Of a stretch of DNA of 64,000 nucleotides, positions 33,156 through 44,540 are shown in pieces. Both the position numbers and the translations under genes were made by a program. This DNA is from Nitrosopumilus sp. (GTDB lineage: Archaea; Thermoproteota; Nitrososphaeria; Nitrososphaerales; Nitrosopumilaceae), in contig OZ241857.1 in NCBI GenBank assembly GCA_965203315.1, positions 416,001 through 480,000 on the forward strand. Reading direction: 5' to 3'. The notes under the pieces are model-generated. The model saw only the letters and a list, made by a program, of their open reading frames with translations. It did no database searches and had not been told where the DNA came from. Numbering within the stretch: position 1 is the stretch's first letter; each line of letters starts with the position of its first letter.

Positions 33156-34988
33156 GTGAAGACAGTACAGATCCACTCGTTCCAGCTGGTACCGCTAAAC
33201 CTAGAGTTTGCATCGAGTTCTACACAGGTGGCAGGAGTATCAGAACGAGACATCATAATATCGCAGTTTCTATCGTTATTTGACAAGCTAGAGAGTCCAT
33301 TCTGGCTAGATGTGATACGCGACTATGAAGAACTGTTATTCTACAAGACTCCTCGATACTGTGCCTTTGATAGTACAATACTAAACGTAACTGATGAAAA
33401 TCCAGAGAGCATTCTCAAAGGTGCAGGTGTAAAGTATACTACAGTATCATCACGCAAATGGAACATATCATACGAGTCACCAAACTATTGCAAGCTAGAA
33501 GATGATCTATACGCCAAAGCATACACATTATCAGTACTACATGACGATCTTGTACCTGGTTGGATATACGACATATATCGATATGCAGATGCATTGAGAA
33601 TATTTGTAGAACCGATACCTGTAGAAAAGTATCAGAGTATTATCGCAAATCACAAGACTGCAGCAATAACACTATCCTCTACATTAAAGATGGACTTGGC
33701 AGAGAACATTTCAATAATCAAAGAACTAGTACTGAACAAGAAACTAGAGAAATTATACTTTACCAAAGTCATACCTATCGTACTAGCCAAAGATCTAAAC
33801 ACATTAAATGAAAAACAAAAGTCCTTTGTACAAAACACAAAGAATGTTCCCGGTATCGATACTGCAAAGCATATACAATCACAGTTGATTCGCGGTAAAC
33901 TAGGACAGAACATCCTAATGTCAACATCTGCATTTCATGCATTACTGCCTTTTTGCACATCTGAACTATACGAAGATGGTGGCACACTACTCGGCGAGAA
34001 CATGCTTACCGGAAATCCTATACGATGGAACATCAACAACAGGTTAAACCGTAATACCGTACTTGCAGCTACATCGGGCTCTGGCAAGACTACACTTGCA
34101 ATGTTGATAATTCATGCATTTGAGAGAATGTATCCACAGAGTTTCATATTTGGTGTAGACCCAGAGAACGAGTATGCTGCACTAGGTCAAAACATGGGAT
34201 TCGAATACATTGATTACTCGTTTGGTCGCAAGATGGGTCTTGATCTATTCAAGATGGTACCAGACTCGTTCGCAGCTGCTGAAACTCTGTGTAATGCACT
34301 AGGAGTACCCGAGATAGACAGAATCCAACCAAACACAGCAGCTGCCAAACTAGCAGGTATGGATATCAAACAGCGTAGCTTTGCAGAGTTTTACAAGTAT
34401 CTACAAGAGTCTGATGACAAAGAGATCATTCGTTACTTTAAAGCACTAGCAAGTCCACCATACTCTGATTTCTTTGAAGGTAAGCCACCTGTATCCAACA
34501 AGATAATACTATCGCTCAAGAATATCGGCTCTGCAGGTGGAACAGTCCATCGGCTCATTACACAGATATCGTTATCATACGCGATGGGCAGAGCACTACT
34601 CATGCCAAAGATAATCCCCAAATTGTTCATGCTAGATGAGGTCTGGATGTTACTCCAACATGATACACTGGGAAATTACATACAAAATCTATCTCGGCGT
34701 GGAAGAAAGTACAACATCAATCTAATGATGGCTACACAGAATATAGAAGATATGACAGACAACATATCGGCAAGAAACGTTCTTGTAAACAGCGATACTG
34801 TCATGTTTCTACGACAGTCCGAAGCTACGATATCATCACTAAAAGAACACTTTGTGTTATCTGATAGGGCAGTATCATTTTTGTTGCAACTAGAACGTGG
34901 TCAAGCGTTGATCAAATATGGCAACAACATGGTACCTGCAAGGATTCTACCCGACAAGGCACAGTTGGAGCTATTTAGACCGAGATAA
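33156..34988 (+). CDS. virB4: VirB4-like conjugation ATPase
   Basis: ATSGSGKT Walker A, VDPENEY, MLDEVW Walker B, RRGRKYN...ATQ. Confidence 0.85.
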   Translation: MKTVQIHSFQLVPLNLEFASSSTQVAGVSERDIIISQFLSLFDKLESPFWLDVIRDYEELLFYKTPRYCAFDSTILNVTDENPESILKGAGVKYTTVSSRKWNISYESPNYCKLEDDLYAKAYTLSVLHDDLVPGWIYDIYRYADALRIFVEPIPVEKYQSIIANHKTAAITLSSTLKMDLAENISIIKELVLNKKLEKLYFTKVIPIVLAKDLNTLNEKQKSFVQNTKNVPGIDTAKHIQSQLIRGKLGQNILMSTSAFHALLPFCTSELYEDGGTLLGENMLTGNPIRWNINNRLNRNTVLAATSGSGKTTLAMLIIHAFERMYPQSFIFGVDPENEYAALGQNMGFEYIDYSFGRKMGLDLFKMVPDSFAAAETLCNALGVPEIDRIQPNTAAAKLAGMDIKQRSFAEFYKYLQESDDKEIIRYFKALASPPYSDFFEGKPPVSNKIILSLKNIGSAGGTVHRLITQISLSYAMGRALLMPKIIPKLFMLDEVWMLLQHDTLGNYIQNLSRRGRKYNINLMMATQNIEDMTDNISARNVLVNSDTVMFLRQSEATISSLKEHFVLSDRAVSFLLQLERGQALIKYGNNMVPARILPDKAQLELFRPR

Positions 34989-34989
34989 G

Positions 34990-37623
34990 ATGCCACAGAC
35001 CATTACAAATCCCAATGACTATTCCGTAATAGGATATCTAGACAAGAGAAAGGTACTGGCTATTCCAAATATATCTAGACAGAATCTACTAATTCTAGGA
35101 GAGATAGGCTCTGGCAAATCTAGTATACTACGACTGTTGATATATCAAGATATTGTAGCAGGTAGAGGATTCCTACTAGCAGAGAATCACTCTGAACTAT
35201 CCAGAGAGATACTGTCGATGATTCCGCCAGAGCAATACCACAAGCTAGTGTACATTAGTCTGTCATCTATAAAAAAATACGACAAGACACTACGATTCAA
35301 TCCACTAGAGATGGATGATCCTCAAGATGCAGGAATGATTGCGTTAAACTTTACCGAGTGTTTAGCAAAAGCATTTGCTGACTCGTGGGGTGCACGAGTA
35401 GAGACATGTGCTAGAAACGGAGCACTATCGGTAATAGGCACACAGAGTAATACCATAGGTGCAATGTTAAAACTACTCACAGACAAGGACTTTCGTCAGA
35501 CGTTCATACCTGAAATAGCCAACAAACAGGCAAGAGATTTCTTTTCACACGTATATGACGAACAGTATCCAAAAGAGGCAGGAGGCGTAATATTCAACAA
35601 ACTCAACAAGATGCTGACTATACCAGAAATGGATGCAATGTTTAATACGAAAAAGTCATCGATATCATTTTTGGATATCATAAACAACGGTATGTATGTT
35701 GTACTAGATTTTGGCGGACTACCAAACGATATGGTGATGTTTCTAGGCAATGTCTTTCTGCATCTATTTTATACACAGTACAAGAAACGAGCCAAGAATA
35801 GATCTGGCATATACGATACATTCAATCTGTATCTAGACGAGGTACAAATGTTCTCACCACCGATGATTCGAGAGTTACTGAATACAGTTCGTAAATACGG
35901 TATAAAGGCCACAATAGCAACACAGTCGATAACTGCAGTAGGCAAAGAACTATCAGACGAGATAACAACGCTGTGTAGAGCAGTGGCATGTTTCAGGTGT
36001 GACAATACAACAGCATATCATCTAAAGTCTATCTTGCCTATCAAACCCGAAGCTCAACAACAGCTGTCGTTTCACTATTTTTCATACTATGGAGCAGGAG
36101 ATAAACCCATACGAGCGGTAGCCAAAACTAAACACATGAACATTCCAGACACATCAGAACAAGCAAGTAAAGCAAGCGTAATGAATCTAGGTTCGTTTAT
36201 ATCTCTAGACAAGTACTATACATCACAAGGTGGAAATGCAGATGTCGTACTATCACCACTAGAGTTTGGCATACTGAATCTATTACGAATGGAGAATAGA
36301 GACATGACCAAAAACGAGATAACAGAAAAGATAACTCGTATATTTGTAACCAATCCACGCGCAATAACAAACGCACTAAACGATACATTGGTCGCTACCA
36401 ATAGATTCGTTGCAATAAAAGACGTCATGTCAGACGATGGTGATGATAAACTAGAGACTAGATACGTGATCACCAAGACAGCACATTCTAAAATATTTAG
36501 TCATGCAGCAGCAGGTAGACGCGCAGGAAGTGATCTACATCTACGTACTATATTTACCATAATGGATCTACAAACAAATCTGTACTGTTACTGTATTCCC
36601 GATCTTGGTAAAAACACATCACAGAAGGCAGACCTTGTTATATTTTCACCAAAAAAGATCAAACCCAAAGATCCAAAACAAGAGACGTTATACGGAACAA
36701 AATTCCATCCAACCGAATGGTCAGATAAAATAGTTGCGGTGGAGGTAGAGACTGCACCTAACAAACACTGGGATCAGATACACATCAACTATATAAAAAA
36801 TGAAAAGATGGGATACTTTACATGGTTTGTTGTATACGATGAGAATGCAAAACGAGGCATATATCACACACTGCAAGAACACGGTATATCTTCTCAAGAC
36901 TATTCGATACTAGTATATGACAAAAAGTCACTACTTGGCGCCGATATCTCTCTAGTTCGTTCAGATATTGAGTCGTGTATATGGAAAGTAATATTTGACA
37001 ACAGAGGTGCAACCGTACAGAATATCTGCGATTCACTAGTAGATTATGATAAATCGGATATCAAGAGAGCGATACAACACATGAGTGAAACGGGAGCATT
37101 AGAATCTAGACGGAATAAGAGTGACACAGCTGATATCTGGTGTATATCTGCAATACGTAACGCCAGTAATGATTCACTGGGTGTAGAGGCCATACCTGGA
37201 ACAACACCACAAGACAAGGAGCGATATGCAGCAACACGAGAGATATCTGACGTATCTGTCGATGTCAATCCAAATACAGTACAAGATACATCTTTGAATA
37301 TCGAAAAAATACTAGATCATCCGGTGGTTCGAACTAGACCGACTCTAGACGATCATATCTTTACAGATACACCGATATCTGATGTGCAGGACTCGCAAAC
37401 ATCTAGTTCTATCCCGGATAAAGAGTGTACAGATGCCAAACCAGACATGACAAACGTGCAGTTGCTAGAGTACTGGATCAACATACATGATCTGACTGAT
37501 CCAGAATCTCAATCAGTACTAAAGGATATTGAAGCAAAGTTGATGAACCGAGGATTAATGGTAAAATCTAGAAGAGGCAAGTTCTTTCTATCAAAGATTC
37601 CCAAAAATCAAAAGTCCAAGTAG
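34990..37623 (+). CDS. VirD4/TraG-like coupling ATPase with C-terminal wHTH and nuclease-like extension
   Basis: GEIGSGKS, FNPL, LYLDEVQ, RKYG..ATQ; C-terminal ADLV...AVEVET. Confidence 0.8.
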   Translation: MPQTITNPNDYSVIGYLDKRKVLAIPNISRQNLLILGEIGSGKSSILRLLIYQDIVAGRGFLLAENHSELSREILSMIPPEQYHKLVYISLSSIKKYDKTLRFNPLEMDDPQDAGMIALNFTECLAKAFADSWGARVETCARNGALSVIGTQSNTIGAMLKLLTDKDFRQTFIPEIANKQARDFFSHVYDEQYPKEAGGVIFNKLNKMLTIPEMDAMFNTKKSSISFLDIINNGMYVVLDFGGLPNDMVMFLGNVFLHLFYTQYKKRAKNRSGIYDTFNLYLDEVQMFSPPMIRELLNTVRKYGIKATIATQSITAVGKELSDEITTLCRAVACFRCDNTTAYHLKSILPIKPEAQQQLSFHYFSYYGAGDKPIRAVAKTKHMNIPDTSEQASKASVMNLGSFISLDKYYTSQGGNADVVLSPLEFGILNLLRMENRDMTKNEITEKITRIFVTNPRAITNALNDTLVATNRFVAIKDVMSDDGDDKLETRYVITKTAHSKIFSHAAAGRRAGSDLHLRTIFTIMDLQTNLYCYCIPDLGKNTSQKADLVIFSPKKIKPKDPKQETLYGTKFHPTEWSDKIVAVEVETAPNKHWDQIHINYIKNEKMGYFTWFVVYDENAKRGIYHTLQEHGISSQDYSILVYDKKSLLGADISLVRSDIESCIWKVIFDNRGATVQNICDSLVDYDKSDIKRAIQHMSETGALESRRNKSDTADIWCISAIRNASNDSLGVEAIPGTTPQDKERYAATREISDVSVDVNPNTVQDTSLNIEKILDHPVVRTRPTLDDHIFTDTPISDVQDSQTSSSIPDKECTDAKPDMTNVQLLEYWINIHDLTDPESQSVLKDIEAKLMNRGLMVKSRRGKFFLSKIPKNQKSK

Positions 37624-37661
37624 ATTTAGTAAATGAGCAGTATTGTATTCTCTACTTGTAG

Positions 37662-39184
37662 GAGGTTGTCCGGTGAATAGGAATAGGGCAGCTGCAAATC
37701 CACTCATCGGGGATACAAATCGCTCGATTTTGAACACATGAGAAATATTTTCTCTAATTGCATCGTTTCTAGTGTTGTTTTTTCAACTGCTGCATAGAAT
37801 TAGTAACAAGTTCTAGTTTACAATTAATTTTAAAACACAAAATAGATATCAAAATGAAAAGATCTATAAAGGGGAACTATTTTTAGAAATGTCATGGCGA
37901 GTGATTTCCCTTATTGGTTCAAGTTTCTAAAAGATGAGGACATGAATCGTAAAGAAAAACGTGAGAAAGCAAGAAATTTAAGTAGAATTATGAAATCATT
38001 AAAACATAAACCAAGATTAAGACTTTTATTTTTTATGCTTGTTTTAAGATTGGAAGACGAGGATAAATTTAAAGAAGAATTCGAAAAAGAGTTAACTCTT
38101 ATGAATAAAAATAAACGTGGTGGACAATTCCTTTATTCAGAAGCTCTTATAATGTACGCAGGCATTACAAAATCTAGAAACAACTATTCATATAGACGAC
38201 TCATAAAAGAGTTAGAGAAATCTTTTCCTAATTTCAAGATACCACGTAGATCTCAGTTACACGCTAGAATAAAAGCACAGGAAGTCGATATTTTAAACGA
38301 TCTCTTAATTATAAAGTCTAAAATGCCACATACTCTAGCTATTGATGCTTCTGGCTTTAGACAACATGCAGGTGGTCGATGGATTGAAGCCCATTACAAA
38401 GTAGAACGAGATGGATTTGTAAAAATGCACATTTGTATAGACGTGAATTCAAAGATTATAAGGTCATACAGCATTACGACTGACAAGAAATCAGATTCGT
38501 CACAGTTTAAGCAACTATTAAAAGATGCAACAGAGATAGTTGATGAATGTAATCGTACCGGTAAACCAATCACAAAGAAAATTCTCGCCGACAAAGGTTA
38601 TGATACAAAAAAGATTCACGAGTTTTGTATGATGTATAATCTCATCAATGGAATATTGATAAAACGTAATGCAGTATCACATGGAGATGATCCCAGAAGT
38701 AAATTAGCCGAGTTTCAATTTGGTGCTTTAGATGGTAAAGATCTAAATTCCATGCCAACAGACGAACGCGAAGAAAATCAAGATGATTGGAAGATAATTC
38801 TAGGATATGGAGACCGTGCAAATGTTGAAGGCGTATTTTCAACAATGAAACTCCTATTTGGTGAAGACATTAAAGCAATAAAATGGGAAAACATGGTTCA
38901 AGAGTTAAAGTTCAAGATTGCTGCACATAATTCAAAAGTAATTTTAGCACAAGTGGGTATTGAGTGGTAACCAAATACTGTTTTTTGGTAAATGCATGCT
39001 TGTCGAGCATTAATTTGTGGCGTTTTAATTAATCAAACTTGATTATTGAAGTGCAAAACGGTACACTTTGCACCAAAGTTTAACTTTTAATAGAAAAATA
39101 ACGGCAAATAGAGTTAATTTGTTGTATTTTGTTTAAGAGATCATAAAATGCATAGATTTTACGAGATATTCACCGGACAACCCC
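37662..39184 (+). mobile_element. IS5-family element; transposase 37894-38970
   Basis: TIR G(A/G)GGTTGTCCGGTGAATA; 8-bp TSD ACTTGTAG; paralogue of 28866-29945. Confidence 0.92.
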
Positions 39185-39215
39185 ACTTGTAGATACATAT
39201 TCGATACTTTTTGAT

Positions 39216-40136
39216 ATGCGTGTCCAGATCCAATTGCAAACAAGATTTAAAAAAACCAACGCCTCAATCTGGACTATGAGTACAAGCTCGATTATGATCG
39301 ATACCGATATAATTTACAATGAAGACTGTATTGATACAATGGCACGATTTCCTGATAACTGTATCTGCCTTGTAGTTACTTATCCTCCATATGACAACAT
39401 GAGAAAGTACAATGGTACCAGCTTCAATGAATTTGAGACCATATCTTGTGAACTATGCCGAGTGATAAAAGATGGCAGAGTTGTTGTGTGGGTTATGGGA
39501 GATCAGACGCGTAATGGAAACGAGAGTGGAACGTTATTTACATATGCCTTATTCTTCAAAGATATCGGATTTAATCTATTTGATACAATGATATATCTCA
39601 AACCGCCACATGGTGCTGTTGGTAACAACAAGACTTGTTGGCAGTCATTTGAGTACCTGTTTGTATTTTCTAAAAATAAACTAAAGACGATCAATCTATT
39701 AATTGACAGAGAGAACAAAGACTCTCGAGATGGAGATAACGGTACAAAGAGATTGTACAACGGCACCCTAAAGAGCGTAAAACGAAACGAATACGAAAAG
39801 ATGGGTAAAAGGACGAACGTTTGGGAGTACTATACTAAAAGAGGACATTCTGCAACAGACAATATAGAAGATCAACACCCATCAATATTTTCAAAAAAAC
39901 TCGCAAGAGATCACAACATGTCATGGAGCAGTAAAGGTGATATTGTATATGATCCGTTCATGGGATCTGGTACAACTACAAAGATGTGTGTCTTGAATGA
40001 TCGCAAGTACATCAGAAGTGAGTTGGATAAAAATTATTATAGAATATCAAAAAAGAGATTAAAGACTTGTCAGACCCGGACGCAACTAGATTGTATATAT
40101 TTGTCGAATTCAATAAAAAAATCCAGAGGCCAATAA
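39216..40136 (+). CDS. Beta-class N4C/N6A methyltransferase, possibly degenerate
   Basis: TYPPY (canonical TSPPY) and DPFMGSGTT motifs. Confidence 0.8.
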   Translation: MRVQIQLQTRFKKTNASIWTMSTSSIMIDTDIIYNEDCIDTMARFPDNCICLVVTYPPYDNMRKYNGTSFNEFETISCELCRVIKDGRVVVWVMGDQTRNGNESGTLFTYALFFKDIGFNLFDTMIYLKPPHGAVGNNKTCWQSFEYLFVFSKNKLKTINLLIDRENKDSRDGDNGTKRLYNGTLKSVKRNEYEKMGKRTNVWEYYTKRGHSATDNIEDQHPSIFSKKLARDHNMSWSSKGDIVYDPFMGSGTTTKMCVLNDRKYIRSELDKNYYRISKKRLKTCQTRTQLDCIYLSNSIKKSRGQ

Positions 40137-40137
40137 A

Positions 40138-40973
40138 ATGGTAACTAGACAACAGGTTGATAAAAAACAAAGAGGAATCTATGACAAACGAAACAATCTC
40201 AATGACTTGACAGGAAAAGAATGGCTTCAAATGTCAAAGAGTGTTTGGATTAGTAAAAGAAATGTTATTGACAAGGATGCATTTGATCACCCTGCACCAT
40301 TTTTATTTGAAGATATTAAAAGGTTAATTCTTACTTTTACTAAAAAAACGATCATGTTGCAGACATATTCATGGGTAGTGGAACAACCATTATTGCGTCT
40401 ACACTCTCTAAGAGATATGGAATAGGAATTGATCTTAATAAACAATATTGTAATTTAGCAAAAAAAAGACTGCGCAAGCTTCAGATACCAAAAGAAAATT
40501 TTAAAGTAATATGTGGCGACGCTTTAAAGGTTATAAAAAAAATAGACAAGATGGATTATTGTGTGACATCACCCCCATATCACAACATACTTAGAAATAA
40601 TGGAATGGGTTTACGGCACGATGGAAGTCAAAAAAGACAAGGAGTTGAATATTATTCAAACAATTTAAACGATCTAGGAAATAAAAAAACATATAAAGCA
40701 TACTTGCAATCTATTGAAGAAATAATGGTTGAAATGTACAAAAAACTGTCCGACAAAAAATACTGTACCATAATAATCAGCGATTTTACAGTAAACAAAA
40801 AAGAGACTAATGCTCATGGAGATATGATCAACTTGATGCAGAATGTTGGCTTTGAATTTACCGGAAATATAATATTGGTTCAAGACAGCAAACCACTGTA
40901 TCCCTTTGGCTACCCATATGCATTTAAGATAAACCATGTACATCAATATTTATTAAATTTTAGAAAAATTTGA
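40138..40973 (+). pseudogene. Alpha-class N4C methyltransferase, frameshifted near 40345
   Basis: LNDLTGKEW..HPAPF in ORF1; MGSGTT..TSPPY in ORF2; the shift falls at an A-run. Confidence 0.8.
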
Positions 40974-40991
40974 AGCACTAGTTACATCGTT

Positions 40992-43358
40992 TTATGATTT
41001 TTTGAATAATTTAGTAAACGAGTCTTCAGTCATACTTTCATTTTTAATGAAACTTTCGAGGCGATCATATAAGATGATTTGCCACTTGTCTTTTTTGAAA
41101 TAATCGGAAAACAATGGTTCGGTTTTCTTTCGCTCAAAAAATTTCATTCTTTCGTTAGGCAACACGATTATCCTTTTGACTTCGTGAGAGCTTATGTTGG
41201 AGCCACGTTCCAATGCAGTTGTAATGCCTGTAGAGTTTTCAACTTCGAACGCGTATTTGATTTTCCCCTCTTTCATCCACAAAACGTCAATTAGTTTTAT
41301 TCTATCGCTGTTTGGAATACTATCAAGATCGAAATCTATACAAATGTTGCTCATTTCAGAATTTTTTGACTTGTCAGGCGACCAAACATCGTAACCAAAT
41401 TTTACTCCAATTTTCATCAAAACGGTTTCTATACTTGTATGTTTTGATAATATTTCGCTCTCATTCATTCCTAACTTTAGTTTCCACATACCGTCGCTTG
41501 TTTTTTCACCATATTCGTTCAAGTAGTATCCAACATTTTCTGTGTCTGGCGTAAGTGAGTTTGGAAACTTTTCAAAGATACTTCCAAGTACTTGATCGTA
41601 AGTTACTTTATAATTTTGCCGCAATACATTTAGAACAGCTTCTTCAACTCTGTCAGATAGCGGAATGCTGAGCTTTGATTTTTTAATTACAGAGTCAGTA
41701 AACCACCACAATTCATTTTTAATTTTTATGAAATCCTTACTTTTGTCGAGTATTGTTGATATTTGATTGTCTGACGAAAAATGAATTCGCATCCCTGACT
41801 GTCCCATCTCTTCATACATGTGTGGAATCATTGCAGCTATTTCTGTAGGTTCACCACGTTGGCTGAGTACCTCTTTAGCTATTCTCTCCACAATACTCTC
41901 GAATTTAATTTCTACAAAATCAGTCAGTTTAGTGACACTCTCATCTTTTTTTGGTTTTCTAAACCGGATGTAAAAATCACTCACGGAAGTACCCCATGGA
42001 CTAACTGCACCCGTTTCCCCAGCTCTTCTATTCATCTGAAACAAAATTTTTTCTAGTACGAATCCACTGTTTTGACATGCCTTTAGTATAGAGTTGAATA
42101 TTTTTGGTTTACTGTTGTGAAATGTTACTGTCATATACTTTCCTCCTTTCAAAACTCTGAAAATTTGATCAAATACAAGATCTAGCCTTCTATGATATTC
42201 TTCAAAGTCTATTTTCTTATGAGAATCAATTGTAATTTCATCATCAAACGGAATTGTAAATCTGTCGTCAACAAGTGCCAACCATGCACTCCAAATAAAG
42301 CTCAAATCAAAGTAAGCGATTAATCCTCCATAAGGAGGATCAGTTATCACATAATCTATACTGTTGTCCTTGAGAAAGTTTACCATTTCTAAAGCATTTG
42401 TTTGTGATAACAATACAGTGCTATCAAAATTTAAATCTTGAACGGTTTTGGCAAATTTGACCTTGTCCATTAATCTTTCATTAGAGTTTATTTTTCCCTT
42501 AATAATTCCTTGGTTACCTTCTATTGCTCTTTCAAACTGTAGGAATGGATTCAATTCCATGTTCTTTTTCGGTTTCATGTATGATGGTCTCCCCCAGCTG
42601 CCAGAACCAACTCTGCCAGAATGCTCTCTGACACTTGGTATGCTCGATACAAGATGAACCATCGATATAAAAGCAAATTTGAAAAAATCTTTTAGAACTA
42701 TATCATCAACCTTGTTAATTCTATTAAAAATTACTGCAAGAGCAAAAAGATTACGTCTAGTAAATAACTCCTCATACGTTTCACCATAATTTCTTCGAGC
42801 CATATCAAAAGCAGCAGTATGTGGAAATTTTTGCTTTGGATATTGAAACTTTATGTCATGTACATTGGAGATAGAGATTGCTTTCTTGTCGTTTTGATCT
42901 AGTGATTTTTCTTGATATTTTTTGACACATGAGCATTTGTAAAAAATTGTGTATGGAATGTCGTCCACTCGATTCACTGTAACTAGTCTTGCGTTATTTC
43001 CACAGCGGATACACAGCGTTGCAAAAAAGTTAGATCCTTTCTCATACTTGTCTAGATCTTTTTTTATCTTATTCCACTCTTTATTGAATTTGGATATATC
43101 TAGTGGTTTTAAAATCATTTTTGCTTGAAAGATTGCTATTGGATTCAAGTCAATGCCTATGGCTTTACGTCCATTTCTTACAGATTCAGCGACTCCCACA
43201 CCACGGCCACAAAAAGGATCTAAAACAACATCGTTGCTTTCTGTGTACTTTTTAATGTATTCTGCCCATATGTTGTGAGGTTTACCGCCCCACCACTTCA
43301 TCATCTTGTACATCATTGGCCTTTTGTTTTCTACAAGTGCAGTGTTGATATGATCCAT
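40992..43358 (-). CDS. Methyltransferase-endonuclease fusion
   Basis: DPFCGRG and TDPPY motifs; C-terminal IDVLW...FEVENST nuclease-like motif. Confidence 0.8.
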   Translation of the reverse strand: MDHINTALVENKRPMMYKMMKWWGGKPHNIWAEYIKKYTESNDVVLDPFCGRGVGVAESVRNGRKAIGIDLNPIAIFQAKMILKPLDISKFNKEWNKIKKDLDKYEKGSNFFATLCIRCGNNARLVTVNRVDDIPYTIFYKCSCVKKYQEKSLDQNDKKAISISNVHDIKFQYPKQKFPHTAAFDMARRNYGETYEELFTRRNLFALAVIFNRINKVDDIVLKDFFKFAFISMVHLVSSIPSVREHSGRVGSGSWGRPSYMKPKKNMELNPFLQFERAIEGNQGIIKGKINSNERLMDKVKFAKTVQDLNFDSTVLLSQTNALEMVNFLKDNSIDYVITDPPYGGLIAYFDLSFIWSAWLALVDDRFTIPFDDEITIDSHKKIDFEEYHRRLDLVFDQIFRVLKGGKYMTVTFHNSKPKIFNSILKACQNSGFVLEKILFQMNRRAGETGAVSPWGTSVSDFYIRFRKPKKDESVTKLTDFVEIKFESIVERIAKEVLSQRGEPTEIAAMIPHMYEEMGQSGMRIHFSSDNQISTILDKSKDFIKIKNELWWFTDSVIKKSKLSIPLSDRVEEAVLNVLRQNYKVTYDQVLGSIFEKFPNSLTPDTENVGYYLNEYGEKTSDGMWKLKLGMNESEILSKHTSIETVLMKIGVKFGYDVWSPDKSKNSEMSNICIDFDLDSIPNSDRIKLIDVLWMKEGKIKYAFEVENSTGITTALERGSNISSHEVKRIIVLPNERMKFFERKKTEPLFSDYFKKDKWQIILYDRLESFIKNESMTEDSFTKLFKKS

Positions 43359-43905
43359 TGCTACTATTATGAATATAATGCTTTTATCTATTCCGTTTGC
43401 TGCGCAAGCTCGAATCTGTTTACCACTCTAGTTTGACGCAATATCGTCTCTAGTTCTTACATCTTTTTTACACGTTTTGAATCAACGCTAGATCGCTTCT
43501 CAGATTTATTCGCTAGTAACCATGATCAAAAACTGGTAGAATTCGTGGATGGATATGTGGAAGTTGTAATTCATGTATTGGTAAATTCAATAAAGATACA
43601 CAAATTTTAGAGAGAGCGATCAAATGGCTGAAAGGAGATCTAAATCGGTAATTGTACGAATAGCGTCTCTGTTATTGGCTACAAGACAGTAAAATATCGT
43701 GTTGACACAGCACATATACGAAAATCAAGATTCAAACAATATCTCATTTTGTTCACGACATGTCTTGTGAATATTCTACGCAATGTGACTAGTCATGAAA
43801 AGGGTAAAATCAACTTGCCTGATGAGCAGGTTGAACAACTTGCCCATAAGTGGACCATAGTTGCGTAATAATTAAAAGATATTATGGATCTCCAGTTGTA
43901 AGAAC

Positions 43906-44532
43906 ATGACTGACGTAAAAATAACCTCAACAATAATACTTGCAATCACTGTCACATTTGCATTGCCTATCGCCTTTGGACACGACAGTAACTCAAACAT
44001 CATGACGTTTCACCCATATGGTGTAAACGAGTCAGAGACAATTTGGTACGATATTACTAGTCTCAACGATGTAAATTTGGATAACGAGTCCAATGGTGCT
44101 GGAATTCGACTAAGTGCCTAAGTATCACGAAATATGATTCACAGTACCGATTTTGATCTAGTCGAAACTAGTACATACTCATGGCCACATGCCAGTAAAG
44201 TTGACGCAGCAAATTTAGGTTCTACCAACACATATGGTGTGACCACAACCCATAAAGGTACTTCTGGCGGTAACCCATATTTCTACAAAGTAATTTGGCT
44301 AAATACCCACGAACATCTGAACTACAACACACGTGGTAGTTGCAATATATTTGCTAGTGATGTTCCGGTACAATATATCCTCAATCATGAGTTTGGACAT
44401 CTTGCAGGTTTGAATCACCATCACCATTTTACATGGACTTCTGATCATACCGCAATGAAGCCTGGCTGTGATTCAGGAATGGCGCAACTGAGAGCCGAAG
44501 ACATCAATGACATCAATGACTACTATTCATAG
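43906..44532 (+). pseudogene. Secreted metzincin-type metalloprotease with in-frame TAA at 44119-44121
   Basis: Signal peptide; HEFGHLAGLNH and Met-turn (TAM); both ORFs are in the same frame. Confidence 0.75.
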
Positions 44533-44540
44533 GAGAAGAA

